A stretch of DNA of 64,000 nucleotides from Promethearchaeota archaeon (GTDB lineage Archaea > Asgardarchaeota > Heimdallarchaeia > Hodarchaeales > Hodarchaeaceae). Made by a program: the position numbers and the translations under genes. The notes beneath the pieces are model-generated. The model saw nothing but the letters and a program-made list of their open reading frames with translations. It was not told the origin of the DNA and did not search any database. Where the stretch lies: contig JBHLMN010000009.1 in NCBI GenBank assembly GCA_048938105.1, positions 64,001 to 128,000 of the forward strand, in the 5' to 3' direction. This document shows positions 40,398 to 50,527 of the stretch, one piece after another; positions within the stretch are counted from its first letter, which is position 1; the number at the start of each line of letters is the position of its first letter.

Positions 40398-42143
40398 ATG
40401 GAAGAACAGATATGGCATAAATTTAAATGGCCTAAGACAGTAAAAAAATCCTTAGAACCCTATCCCAATGAACTCCTTCACAAAATACTTGAAGACACTG
40501 CGGCAAAAAGTGGTGATTTACCGTATTTAAAATTTATGGGAACAACAACGACCTTTGCAGAAACAAATACGATGGCAAATCAGGTTGCAAATTATCTTAT
40601 AAGCAAAGGAATAAAAAAAGGGGATAAAGTGGCAATATTCTTACCTAATACACCGCATTACCCAATAGTCTTTTTCGGCATCTTGAAAGCAGGAGCTACA
40701 TGTGTTACATGCAATCCCACATATACTGCGGATGAGTTAAACTATCAACTTAAGGATTCAGAAGCAGTCATGGTCTTTGCTTTTGATCATGAGAGATTTG
40801 GTCCTTCAACTTACAAAGCGATTAAAGGAACGCAAGTTAAACACGTGGTCATTTGCCAGACAAAGGATTTTCTTCCTAAGTTAAAAGCGATAATTGGAGG
40901 ATTACTAGGAAAAGTACCCAAGAGTCCTTTTTATGAAGAAGCAATCACCTCCTTTTTCTCCGAAATTCTGGTTTATGAGCCAATAAAGCCAAATGTGGAA
41001 GTAAACCCCGATGAAGACTTGGCTATGCTTATTTATACTGGTGGCACCACAGGCTTACCTAAAGGAGTAATGTTATCGCATAAGAATATTTATTCAAACG
41101 TTTTACAAATCAATGAATATGTTAGGATAGATCCAGAGGAGACTGGGGAATCCCAACCTTTTCGTTATGGAAAAGAAGTCTTCATTGGTGCTCTTCCATG
41201 GTATCATTCGTATGGACTTACTCTTACAATGATTGGAGGAGCCTATATCGCTGCGACGGTAATTCCTATCCCTGATCCTCGTGCCGGTAAACCTCCGCTT
41301 TCAGTAATCCTAGAAGCGATTAATGACTACAGAGGAACTGTCCTCCATGCTGTCCCAACGATTTATTCAGCAATTGTTAACCATCCGAATGTTGAAAAAT
41401 ACGATCTCACTTCAATTATCGGTTGTGGTTCAGGAGCAGCTCCGTTGGCACCAGAGTTAGCCAAAGATTTTGAAAGAATAACTGGGAGCTGGATCGTAGA
41501 GGGATATGGACTTTCAGAAACATCACCAACGACGCATATGAATCCAACAAACAAAATTCAAAGGAAGTTTGGTACAGTTGGACTCCCTATGCCTGATACT
41601 TATGTTAAAATTGTGGATTTAGAAACAGGATTAAAAGAATTACCTCAAGGGGAAGATGGAGAAATAGCTGTCTCTGGTCCGCAAGTTATGAAAGGATATT
41701 GGAAGAAAAAAGATGCAACAGCAGAAGTATTTCGAGAAATTGATGGTCGAAATTACTTCCTGACTGGAGATATTGGATTTCTTGATGAAGAGGGATTCAC
41801 TGTCATAACAGATCGGAAAAAGGATATGATTATTGTTGGTGGACTGAAAGCTTACCCTAGAGAAATCGAAGATATCTTATATGAAAACCCAAAGGTCAAG
41901 CTTGCTGCTGTTATCGGCCTACCAGATGAAGAGAAACCAGGTAATGAATATGTTGCTGCTTATCTTGTATTGAAGGAAGGGGAAACAGCAACAGAAAATG
42001 AAATTATTGATTGGTGTCGAGAACGAATGGCGGGGTATAAACGCCCCAGAAAAGTTGAGTTCCGTGAAGATCTGCCTTTAAGCACAGTTGGAAAGGTCTT
42101 ACGTCGTGTGATTAAAGAAGAAGAATTAGTAGGTAAGGAATAG
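40398..42143 (+). CDS. Long-chain fatty acid--CoA ligase
   Basis: YTGGTTGLPKG, EGYGLSETSP, TGDIG, DRKKDMI, GKVLRR. Confidence 0.95.
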   Translation: MEEQIWHKFKWPKTVKKSLEPYPNELLHKILEDTAAKSGDLPYLKFMGTTTTFAETNTMANQVANYLISKGIKKGDKVAIFLPNTPHYPIVFFGILKAGATCVTCNPTYTADELNYQLKDSEAVMVFAFDHERFGPSTYKAIKGTQVKHVVICQTKDFLPKLKAIIGGLLGKVPKSPFYEEAITSFFSEILVYEPIKPNVEVNPDEDLAMLIYTGGTTGLPKGVMLSHKNIYSNVLQINEYVRIDPEETGESQPFRYGKEVFIGALPWYHSYGLTLTMIGGAYIAATVIPIPDPRAGKPPLSVILEAINDYRGTVLHAVPTIYSAIVNHPNVEKYDLTSIIGCGSGAAPLAPELAKDFERITGSWIVEGYGLSETSPTTHMNPTNKIQRKFGTVGLPMPDTYVKIVDLETGLKELPQGEDGEIAVSGPQVMKGYWKKKDATAEVFREIDGRNYFLTGDIGFLDEEGFTVITDRKKDMIIVGGLKAYPREIEDILYENPKVKLAAVIGLPDEEKPGNEYVAAYLVLKEGETATENEIIDWCRERMAGYKRPRKVEFREDLPLSTVGKVLRRVIKEEELVGKE

Positions 42144-42181
42144 TTCCTCTTAATCCCTTTTTTTTCTAAGTTTTATGGGGA

Positions 42182-42487
42182 TTAATGACGTACAAAAGCT
42201 TTTGATGTAAGCCTATATACTTTTATACTCAAGGGATCCTTCTCAATACAGTTTTCCTTCTGAGGACAACTACGACAAACGACTGGATTCAGTTCATCTT
42301 CCCCTTCATAATGCTTTATCTCCTCTATGAATCCTAATTGAAGTAACTGTAATTTAATAATGTCTAGTTGCCCTTCTGATAAATCCAAGTCTTTTTTTAT
42401 TTGATAAAAAGAGAAATTACCTCCTTTTTCTTTAATATAAGATAATATTTCCTCTATCAACCTAGGTTCCCACCAAGTTCTGTTCAA
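42182..42487 (-). CDS. feoC: FeoC-like winged-helix protein with Cys cluster
   Basis: wHTH followed by CRSCPQKENC; last gene of the feo operon. Confidence 0.7.
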   Translation of the reverse strand: MNRTWWEPRLIEEILSYIKEKGGNFSFYQIKKDLDLSEGQLDIIKLQLLQLGFIEEIKHYEGEDELNPVVCRSCPQKENCIEKDPLSIKVYRLTSKAFVRH

Positions 42488-42911
42488 TAGACTGAATGTA
42501 TTTATATGGTATTAAGCTTAAAATTCCAATAACTATTATGAAGGAAAAATTCTCAAAAATTTGATTATAAGCATTTAAAAGCGAAAAATCCTCTAAAAAT
42601 GTTCCTAAACCACTATTAACAATCAAATTTAGAAAAGACAATCCACCTAGAATTAACCCCATAATAGCTGCAACAAAAACAAATGCCATACCCGTCCCAT
42701 CCTTGCTTTTTAGTTTTAGAAAACCCCGAAAATAGACTATAGCAGCGAGGATTAGTAATAATGGTTCAAGTGGATCCTTTACAAATGTAATAAATAAGAA
42801 TACATTAAACAACAAAGAAAATAGCCCAATTATGCCAATAGCAAAAAAGAGGGTAGCATAAATCCCCGAAAGATAGGTTAATCCCTTAATGTTCACTTTC
42901 ATTATTTTCAA
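42462..42911 (-). CDS. 4-TM membrane protein within the feo operon
   Basis: Hydrophobic ORF; 10 bp after feoB, overlaps the feoC-like gene. Confidence 0.8.
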   Translation of the reverse strand: MKIMKVNIKGLTYLSGIYATLFFAIGIIGLFSLLFNVFLFITFVKDPLEPLLLILAAIVYFRGFLKLKSKDGTGMAFVFVAAIMGLILGGLSFLNLIVNSGLGTFLEDFSLLNAYNQIFENFSFIIVIGILSLIPYKYIQSIEQNLVGT

Positions 42912-42921
42912 TCCTATTTCA

Positions 42922-44940
42922 CTAAAAATTTAAAGCTAATAATAAAACTCTGAAAAATAACGCTACAAAATAGGCAATTATGATATAGCCAATTGTTAAG
43001 GCAGCCGTGATTTTCCAAGATCCTGTTTCAGCTTTAATAACCGATATTGAAGCAGCACAAGGTACATAGAGTAATATAAAAACCATAAATGGAAAAGCCT
43101 GACTCAAAGTAAGAGAGCTAGCTAAAAATGTGTCAAGAGAAGCACCCCCAAGGATACCTAAAGTCGCTACGACAACTTCTTTTGCTATTATACCAAGTAT
43201 TAAAGCAGCAATAAATTCCCAATTCCAGTTAAATGGTATAAATAAGGGCTGCAAAACTTTTCCTATCATAGCTAGGAGTGTATCCTCAATAGGTGCACCA
43301 AAAGGTATATTACTGAGAAACCAAACTAGCAATGCTGCTGCTAAAATAATAGTTCCTGCTTTTTTAATAAATAATGACCCTCGATTCCACATTTCCCTTG
43401 TTGCCACGGTTAGTTTGGGTCTTTGAAATTCAGGCAATTCCATTATGAATACCTTATCTTCATGAGTAAAATATAACTTATTTAACACAAGGGCGCTCAA
43501 AATTGCTATTATAATACCAAGAACATACATAGTAAGAATTGCAAACCCAGGATAATCAGGAAAAAACACACCAGCAAATAAAACGTATACTGGTAACCGT
43601 GCTGAACAGGACATAAAAGGGGCAATTGAAATTGTTATTAAACGATCTTCTTTTTCTCTTATCGATCGTGTAGCCATTATGGCTGGTACAGTACAACCAA
43701 ACCCAAGCATTAAAGGAATGAAGGATTTTCCATGTAAACCAACTTTCTCCATCCATTTATCTACAACAAATGCTGCTCGTGCTAAGTATCCAGAATCTTC
43801 AAGTACAGCCATAGCAAAGTATAATAAAAAGATTGTTGGAACAAAAACAAGAATGGCGCCTATCCCGTCTATAGCACCTGAAAATATTGAAGCAACTAAT
43901 GAATTAGGGATTAATGATGTTGCTTCTGTTGATAGCCAAGAAAAAATGTTTTCTAGAACATAGACAAAAGGTTCAGAAAGGGTGAAAGTGAACGTAAAAA
44001 TGACCCATAAGCTTGCTAAAAAGATAGGAATTCCGAGATACTTATCGGTTAAGACTTCATCTAGCATGGCAGTAATATTTGTAGAAGCGGTTCCTCTTTT
44101 AATAATTATTTCATTTGTGAGATCTTCAATAAGATGATATCTCCGATTTGCTATATATATAGCTGCGTCTGATGCTCCCATGTCGTTTTTAAAGTTGTTA
44201 ATAACTGTTTCTATAAGTTCCCAATGAATTTCTTTCTTTTCTGGATTTGCTTTCGCTATTGCATCATAAACTATCTCCATAATTACCGAATCTTGTTCTA
44301 GAAGTTTTAGTCCAAGCCAATTATAATCATAATTATCTAAGGAAGCAGCACCATCGTGTTTTCTAATAATCTCTGCTATTTTGTCCTCATAAGGCTTAAG
44401 GGAGGCATCTACCAAAAATTGATAATTTCTATCCTTTCCATTTTTTGAATATTCTAAAACCACATCAAGAAGCTCAACTACTCCTTCACTTTTTGTTGCA
44501 ACCATAGGAATAACAGGAGCATTTAATTTCTCTCTAAGGCTTTCCACATTGATTTCAAACCCTTTGGATTTAGCAATATCTAGCATATTTAATGCAATGA
44601 CAATAGGTAGCTTCAACTCTAATAATTGAATTGTTAAGAATAAATTGCGTTCTAAATTCGATGCATCAATCACATTTATGATTAAATCGGGTTTCTCATT
44701 GATTAAATATTCTCTAGATACGAGTTCATCTTCAGAGAAGCTACTTAAACTATAAGTACCTGGTAAATCAATAACCGTAATTGTGCTACCTGCAAAAGTA
44801 CATTTCCCCTCTTTATGTTCAACAGTACATCCAGGAAAATTAGCAACATGTTGATGGGATCCAGTTAAAACATTAAAAATAACTGTCTTTCCTACATTAG
44901 GATTTCCAGCCAATGCGATTTTCAATACGAAAGGCACCAA
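42922..44940 (-). CDS. feoB: Ferrous iron transport protein B
   Basis: GNPNVGKT, DLPG, NMLD, LEDSGYLAR, GFGC, FMSCSARLPVY, LYVPC. Confidence 0.98.
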   Translation of the reverse strand: MVPFVLKIALAGNPNVGKTVIFNVLTGSHQHVANFPGCTVEHKEGKCTFAGSTITVIDLPGTYSLSSFSEDELVSREYLINEKPDLIINVIDASNLERNLFLTIQLLELKLPIVIALNMLDIAKSKGFEINVESLREKLNAPVIPMVATKSEGVVELLDVVLEYSKNGKDRNYQFLVDASLKPYEDKIAEIIRKHDGAASLDNYDYNWLGLKLLEQDSVIMEIVYDAIAKANPEKKEIHWELIETVINNFKNDMGASDAAIYIANRRYHLIEDLTNEIIIKRGTASTNITAMLDEVLTDKYLGIPIFLASLWVIFTFTFTLSEPFVYVLENIFSWLSTEATSLIPNSLVASIFSGAIDGIGAILVFVPTIFLLYFAMAVLEDSGYLARAAFVVDKWMEKVGLHGKSFIPLMLGFGCTVPAIMATRSIREKEDRLITISIAPFMSCSARLPVYVLFAGVFFPDYPGFAILTMYVLGIIIAILSALVLNKLYFTHEDKVFIMELPEFQRPKLTVATREMWNRGSLFIKKAGTIILAAALLVWFLSNIPFGAPIEDTLLAMIGKVLQPLFIPFNWNWEFIAALILGIIAKEVVVATLGILGGASLDTFLASSLTLSQAFPFMVFILLYVPCAASISVIKAETGSWKITAALTIGYIIIAYFVALFFRVLLLALNF

Positions 44941-44948
44941 TCTTTCTT

Positions 44949-45206
44949 TTATAAAGGATTCTCCTGACTAATAATTCTATTTTTGATCCTCTTACAAAAT
45001 ATTTTCATAGCAATTCCTCGTCCTATTGCTATTCTACATCCTTTCAATTCTACAAGTATTGGACCCGCCTTAATATTCCTAATCATCCTTATACGACTCC
45101 CAGGATAGAACCCAAGTTCATTAACCCTCAAAATCACTCCTCTTCCACCATATGTGTGGGAAATCTCTGCTTCTTCTCCTTCATTGACAAGACCAAGAGG
45201 AATCAT
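44949..45206 (-). CDS. feoA: Ferrous iron transport protein A
   Basis: LGFYPGSRI..GPILVEL..RIAIGRGIAMKI. Confidence 0.93.
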   Translation of the reverse strand: MIPLGLVNEGEEAEISHTYGGRGVILRVNELGFYPGSRIRMIRNIKAGPILVELKGCRIAIGRGIAMKIFCKRIKNRIISQENPL

Positions 45207-45231
45207 TTTACTCTTTCAACTCATTATCCAA

Positions 45232-45247
45232 GTTCACAATTGTGAAC
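45232..45247. promoter_or_regulatory. Perfect 16-bp palindrome GTTCACAATTGTGAAC, putative repressor operator of the feo operon
   Basis: Lies between a minus-strand TTTATAAG TATA-like box (45253-45260) and the feoA ATG. Confidence 0.75.
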
Positions 45248-45484
45248 AATCTCTTATAAAGTGTTCGGTTTATACTATTTATCGTAAAACTTTTAAAGAA
45301 TACCATGGGGAAATTTTTGATATATTTGACATTAATTAAGGGAAGGAACTGATTTGAAAGCTGGCTCCAACAAGTTGAATCCACTACATTTTCTCAATTG
45401 AAAACTTAATTTTCTATTTTTACTACTATAACAAAAATGAATTTCTTTATAATAACATAAATCATTTAATTCCTCTAATATGCT

Positions 45485-45660
45485 TCAATTTTCAGTTTCT
45501 TTTTCAAACTTCCCTGTCCATTCCGTTAATGATTCTGGTGGCCATCCTCGTGGGACATTTTTATTTTTTCTTATATATCGGTAGTCGCAACAATCTCCCC
45601 CATTAGCTAGAGTTGAAATATTTTCGTCCTGCTACCACCCAAAAGGCTTCGGAATAAGAT
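45485..45660 (-). pseudogene. C-terminal remnant of an L-2-amino-thiazoline-4-carboxylate hydrolase (ATC hydrolase) family gene
   Basis: TLANGGDCCDYRYIRKNKNVPRGWPPESLTEW; LFRSLLGGSRTK lies upstream in another frame. Confidence 0.7.
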
Positions 45661-45788
45661 AATATTCTTTCTCTGATTAGGAGATAAATTGCTCATGGTA
45701 ACCATATCACATTAACATCTCATTTTCCAGTAAATATTAATTTAAAAAAAGAACTGTATAATAAGAGTATAAATATTCAAATGATACC

Positions 45789-46613
45789 CTATTTTCCAGT
45801 TACAATTAGTCTTAAGAAAGCGCCTAAATCTTTAACTTTAGGTAGAAAAGCTGGTGTACTTTTTACATAGTCCTCGAACGTTGAACCATACCTACGAATT
45901 AGCTCTTTGTCCTCCGAACGAGCAATGAAATAATAACATATAGTCGCTAATATAGCTAGAACCAGTGCAATTATATTCTGCGACAATAAGGCGAGGCCAA
46001 AACACATGTAAACTCCTTCAGCATAATGAGGATGCCGTATATACTTAAATACTCCTCCTTGCAACTTTTTAGCCTTTTCAGGATAAATAATATAAAGAAA
46101 AAGTTCTGTATCTAATGTAAATCCGCCATTAACAGCGTCACGACCCATTAATGGATACAATCCGATTAATAGAATTGCTAAAGGAAAAGCTATCTGCCAG
46201 GGGATAATAGTTTGGTAAAGGAGGTTATTCTGGTATGCGGGGTAAAGCATTGGAATGAAAGTGTTGTTCTCTACCATGATAATCAATATCATTGTCATTG
46301 TATTTGGTGGTATCACAGGAATAAGGTAGTAGTAGAAAAATTTCGTATAAGCGCGGTCTTCATACTTATTCCGATAATTTTCACGGATTTTTTCCGCATT
46401 TCGCGAAATCCGTGACATAGTCCAATATGCAAGCATGTAAATGACAATTGCAATTAGTAATGGGGCCCACCAATCAATCATATTCAGAAAATGAACCAAA
46501 AGAAGCATTGTTATTGAAGAAAAAATTATGATAAAAATAGTCTTAACACTAGTAATCTCAGGCATATATTCTTTGAGTAAATCAAGGCCAGATTTTTCTG
46601 TACTAAGTTCCAA
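45789..46613 (-). CDS. ICMT/PEMT family membrane methyltransferase
   Basis: GVFKYIRHPHY, EDKELIRRYG..FEDYVKSTPAFLP. Confidence 0.88.
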   Translation of the reverse strand: MELSTEKSGLDLLKEYMPEITSVKTIFIIIFSSITMLLLVHFLNMIDWWAPLLIAIVIYMLAYWTMSRISRNAEKIRENYRNKYEDRAYTKFFYYYLIPVIPPNTMTMILIIMVENNTFIPMLYPAYQNNLLYQTIIPWQIAFPLAILLIGLYPLMGRDAVNGGFTLDTELFLYIIYPEKAKKLQGGVFKYIRHPHYAEGVYMCFGLALLSQNIIALVLAILATICYYFIARSEDKELIRRYGSTFEDYVKSTPAFLPKVKDLGAFLRLIVTGK

Positions 46614-46631
46614 AGCAAATTACCTTCAAAT

Positions 46632-46647
46632 GTTAACGTATGTGAAC
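46632..46647. promoter_or_regulatory. GTTAAC-N4-GTGAAC imperfect palindrome resembling the feo operator
   Basis: 18 bp upstream of the TTG start at 46613, next to TTTTTAAAA. Confidence 0.45.
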
Positions 46648-46767
46648 TTTTTAAAATGACATTAAAATACCTTCTGATTGACAAAACATACAGGTTTATT
46701 CATAATCAAATAATATTAGAATAATTTTGAAGAATTCCGAGGTAGATAAATAGGTGTTGAAGAATAA

Positions 46768-47379
46768 ATGACATTTTTATCCATTTTTACTGTCCTAGGA
46801 TTGTTAATAAGTTCTGTGGGGTTTCCTACATTATTTATCATTTCTTTTCTAATTACTCGACTTCGACTAGGAGAAATCCCACCCCATAGACATGATCTCA
46901 CCATTATTATAATAGCAACTCTTTGTATCATTTGGGTTATCCTCTGCTTTTATTGTGTCTTAGATCCAACAATTATCACATTTTTCGGTGAATTGTCACT
47001 GCTAAAAAATATATGGATTGAAATTGTTGCTCTACTATTTTGTTTATCAGGATTCTTGATTCTTATGGCTGCTTTTTTTGAAATGGGTAATTCTTTCAGA
47101 ATGGGTATTCCACCAGAAGAAGAAACACCAGCAGCTTTAATTACAACTGGGATTTTCAAGTATATCCGAAACCCTGGTTTTTTGGGAGTGAATTTGGCTG
47201 TTCTTGGAACTTTTTTTCTGGTACCATCAATTCTATTTTGTATTCTAGTAGTCTTATCTTTGATCTCCTTTCATATTCAGATAAAAAAGGAGGAAGTATA
47301 CCTCCAACGAATGCACGGAGACCTATACAGACGATATATTCAACAGACTGGACGATATTTTCCAAAACTTTTCAAATGA
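46768..47379 (+). CDS. ICMT family membrane methyltransferase
   Basis: MGNSFRMGI, LITTGIFKYIRNPGF, EEVYL..HG..YRRY..TGRYFP. Confidence 0.9.
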   Translation: MTFLSIFTVLGLLISSVGFPTLFIISFLITRLRLGEIPPHRHDLTIIIIATLCIIWVILCFYCVLDPTIITFFGELSLLKNIWIEIVALLFCLSGFLILMAAFFEMGNSFRMGIPPEEETPAALITTGIFKYIRNPGFLGVNLAVLGTFFLVPSILFCILVVLSLISFHIQIKKEEVYLQRMHGDLYRRYIQQTGRYFPKLFK

Positions 47380-47484
47380 TCTTAGTTTTAAGAAATTTTT
47401 TTCAGTATGACTGAGTTAAGGAAAATTAATGAAGAAGTTATTAGAATTTGAAAGAAACTTTAAAAGCTCTTAGGAGACTCTATA

Positions 47485-48516
47485 ATGTTTCATCATGAAA
47501 AATGTACACTTTGTGGGGAGTGTCTTATACAGTGTCCCTATTTAGCTTACCCTGAGGAACAAGCTATAGAAGAATTCAAGAAATTGATAAACGGTGAACC
47601 AACCCCAGTTACTACAGAGTGTATTACCTGCGCTGCGTGTAATATGTTTTGCCCTGAAGCAGCAAATCCCTTTGACTTAATAAATGAAAGACAAGAAGAA
47701 ACAGGAACTTTTCAGGCTACAAACCAAGCATTAGAAATGTTTAATATGGCATCAATGATGCCTTCTGAAGTAATAAAGGGCGAATCAGACAAACCAACCA
47801 TTAATCTTTGTACAGTAACTGATTTTCTTCCAGGGGTCATTGAGGGACAGCTTTTTGATGGATTGACTCTTCTTAAAGGTGGGGATTATTTCTGCTATTT
47901 TGGCTGGATACACATTGGAAAACCTGGAATAGTTAGGGAAAATGCTCAGAAATTTGTTGATAATCTCATAAAAACTGGTGCAGAGGAAATAATTTGTTTC
48001 CACGATGATTGTTATGCTATGTTAACAAATAAAGTGAGAGAATTTGGAATATCAATTCCATTTAAACCGATTCACATTATTGAGTATCTCCGAGACTTTG
48101 TTAAAAACCACGATGATCAAATAAAAAAATTAAACCTGAAGATCGCTTATCAACAACCTTGTGCCTCAAGATTTACATTTGAGAAGGACAAAATCCTTGA
48201 TGAGCTCTTTGAACTCATTGGTGTTGAGAGAATGGATAGAAAATATGACCGTATGGGCGCTCTCTGTTGTACATCCGCTATGAGTGCAATGCAAAATCTC
48301 ACACGAGACTATATTGAGGAATGGAGAATGAAGAACATTCTGGATGCAAAAGAAGCTGGAGCCCAAGCAATGGTGTTTTTATGCCCACTTTGTGTTCTTC
48401 CTTTAAGAAGTAGAGTAAAAGCGCAAGGATTGGAGCCTTACATCCTGAGTAATCTCGTACGTCTCGCTTTGGGAGAGAAACTCACATTTGGAGGAGCAGG
48501 CAAAATCTATGATTGA
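47485..48516 (+). CDS. Fe-S oxidoreductase (4Fe-4S dicluster plus CCG-like domains, HdrD/GlpC-related)
   Basis: CTLCGECLIQCP, CITCAACNMFCP, YQQPC, LCC, CPLC. Confidence 0.88.
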   Translation: MFHHEKCTLCGECLIQCPYLAYPEEQAIEEFKKLINGEPTPVTTECITCAACNMFCPEAANPFDLINERQEETGTFQATNQALEMFNMASMMPSEVIKGESDKPTINLCTVTDFLPGVIEGQLFDGLTLLKGGDYFCYFGWIHIGKPGIVRENAQKFVDNLIKTGAEEIICFHDDCYAMLTNKVREFGISIPFKPIHIIEYLRDFVKNHDDQIKKLNLKIAYQQPCASRFTFEKDKILDELFELIGVERMDRKYDRMGALCCTSAMSAMQNLTRDYIEEWRMKNILDAKEAGAQAMVFLCPLCVLPLRSRVKAQGLEPYILSNLVRLALGEKLTFGGAGKIYD

Positions 48517-48529
48517 TAAAAGTTTGGAA

Positions 48530-48551
48530 ACTATCCCTAAAGGGTTTTTTT
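48530..48551 (+). terminator. Short hairpin CCCT-AA-AGGG followed by a T7 tract
   Basis: Just downstream of the 48516 stop. Confidence 0.45.
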
Positions 48552-48638
48552 CCAATTTTTTCCCTAGTACACAAGATTTTTCTATTGGTTTTGCTCACAC
48601 AGTACACAGAGGATTAAAACAAGGATAAAAACTTATAT

Positions 48639-49274
48639 TTATAGTGTTATTACTCTACCTACACCCCCTTTAATATATTTTAAAGGGTATAAAGCTTTTA
48701 TTTTTAACTTATGTTTAGTACAATGAGCAGGACAAATATATTGTAATTCTTTGATTAAGTCAAATCTATTGAATCCATGTAATCCTCCAATGAGTGCCAT
48801 TATATTCCCAAATTGTGATACTACATTTAGAATAGCATTAACTCCTGGATGTGAACATCCAACAATTACAACTATTCCCTTCTCTGTATTAATCATGAGA
48901 GATTGTTCAATACCTTTGAGTTCACCTGTGGAAAAAATATTTTCAGAAATTTTAAGTATACCTTTAACTTTAACTATTTCTATTCCTTTCATATGAATTG
49001 AATATGAATCTGGAACATATACTGGAACTTGATGCATTCTAAGAATGTCTCTAAGTCCACCTGTATGATCCCCATGTGCATGTGAGATGAAAATCAAATC
49101 AATTGCGATCAGATCTATATTGAGCTTTTTCAGGTTCTCAAGAAGCATCGTGCCATTACTGCCAGTATCAAAAAGGATTTTCTTCCCATATGCCTCTACA
49201 AGACACGAGAAACCCCAAGATGCTCTCAGTCCTTCTGTCCACAAGTCATTATCAAATACGATTGTTATTCTCAT
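48639..49274 (-). CDS. MBL-fold metallo-hydrolase (COG1237 / MJ0301-like)
   Basis: WGFSCLVE, ILFDTG, SHAHGDHTGG, EQSL, GCSHPG, GGLH, PAHCT. Confidence 0.9.
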   Translation of the reverse strand: MRITIVFDNDLWTEGLRASWGFSCLVEAYGKKILFDTGSNGTMLLENLKKLNIDLIAIDLIFISHAHGDHTGGLRDILRMHQVPVYVPDSYSIHMKGIEIVKVKGILKISENIFSTGELKGIEQSLMINTEKGIVVIVGCSHPGVNAILNVVSQFGNIMALIGGLHGFNRFDLIKELQYICPAHCTKHKLKIKALYPLKYIKGGVGRVITL

Positions 49275-49425
49275 GTAATTTCTCCCAATTCATGAATTAG
49301 TCATACCCGTCCGAAGATATGGGAAAAAATCATGATGTTCAGATAAGTGAGTAAAGGTTAACTTACATATTTAACTATAAAGATAGAGAAGTTAGCGATA
49401 TTTGAGTAAAACACATTCAAGGCTT

Positions 49426-49953
49426 TCAACTTGTATTACTCTTAAAAAATAATTTTAGGAGTGAAGATGGATTGGGAATCCATCTTGGAACCTCTTTTTG
49501 ATATTCAAAATACTCATTCCCAAAAATTCGTTCCAATTCTTTTTCTTCAAAAATAGCGATTTTATTATAAAGAATGAACGTTATAATCCATGGAATGACA
49601 GAAATCACCGACAATGATAGGAATATAAGCCCGAGATATAATACGAGTGTACCGAAATACATAGGGTGACGAACTACTGCAAATACATCATCTGATATTA
49701 ACCTAGAAGGTTGGTTTACACCTCCAAATAGCCTATTATGTGATGTCATACCAAATCTTACAGCTAGGATCAAAAAGATTAGAAATAATAATATTTGAAT
49801 AATAAGAAGGTTACTTATTAGAATATCATTAGGTAGTTGAACAAGAATTAAATCTAATAACCATATAATCAAAAATGCCAAACCACAACCAGCTTGAATT
49901 AGATGTGATTGGGGATGCTCTTTTCCAATCCCATGTTGATGAGAGTTTTGCAA
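49426..49953 (-). CDS. ICMT family membrane methyltransferase (third copy)
   Basis: VRHPMYFG, EEKELERIFG.EY.EYQKEVPRWIP. Confidence 0.9.
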   Translation of the reverse strand: MQNSHQHGIGKEHPQSHLIQAGCGLAFLIIWLLDLILVQLPNDILISNLLIIQILLFLIFLILAVRFGMTSHNRLFGGVNQPSRLISDDVFAVVRHPMYFGTLVLYLGLIFLSLSVISVIPWIITFILYNKIAIFEEKELERIFGNEYFEYQKEVPRWIPNPSSLLKLFFKSNTS

Positions 49954-50097
49954 TTTTCTTCACCTCAACAAGAATGCTACTCTTATAATATCCTTTTTTT
50001 TCAGGCTAGTGATCTCATTATAGTAATGTTTTTACGCTCTATAACAGTGTAAAATCATTTTATATCCCAAGTTATCCTATTTTTCGAATTATTTCTA

Positions 50098-50490
50098 TTA
50101 ATATTTCATGTTTTGTTGGACTTTTTCAGCCATTTTTTCAGCTTCGGCCTTTGAACCGCAAATAATCGCTTTATACCCATGTTTCGAGTTGGAAACTTGC
50201 TGCAAATCCGTTACTGAAGCATCTGAAACTATTCTAATAGTTGCACCCATTTTTGTTTCTACTGCTGTTCCCATTGTTTTACTTAGAATCTCAAGATTAT
50301 CTTCTGACGCAGGTACATAACCACTAACATCGGAGATTGCGAGGTAACCAGGTTTAAGCTTATTTGCTTCACGTCGAAGGTCATCAGGCAGAGTTAAGAT
50401 GTCTTCCCTAGTAAGATATCCTCTTAATGTCGTATAAAGCCGATTTTTCTCTATATTAGCTTTGACAGAGACTTCTTTTTCCTTAACCAT
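50098..50490 (-). CDS. Hypothetical protein, possibly STAS/SEC14-like ligand-binding fold
   Basis: KNRLYTTLRGYL..LKPGYLAISDVSGYVP..IRIV; likely start ATG at 50490. Confidence 0.65.
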   Translation of the reverse strand: MVKEKEVSVKANIEKNRLYTTLRGYLTREDILTLPDDLRREANKLKPGYLAISDVSGYVPASEDNLEILSKTMGTAVETKMGATIRIVSDASVTDLQQVSNSKHGYKAIICGSKAEAEKMAEKVQQNMKY

Positions 50491-50527
50491 CTTTATTCCA
50501 TCTCTTTTATCAAGGTTAAACAAACAT

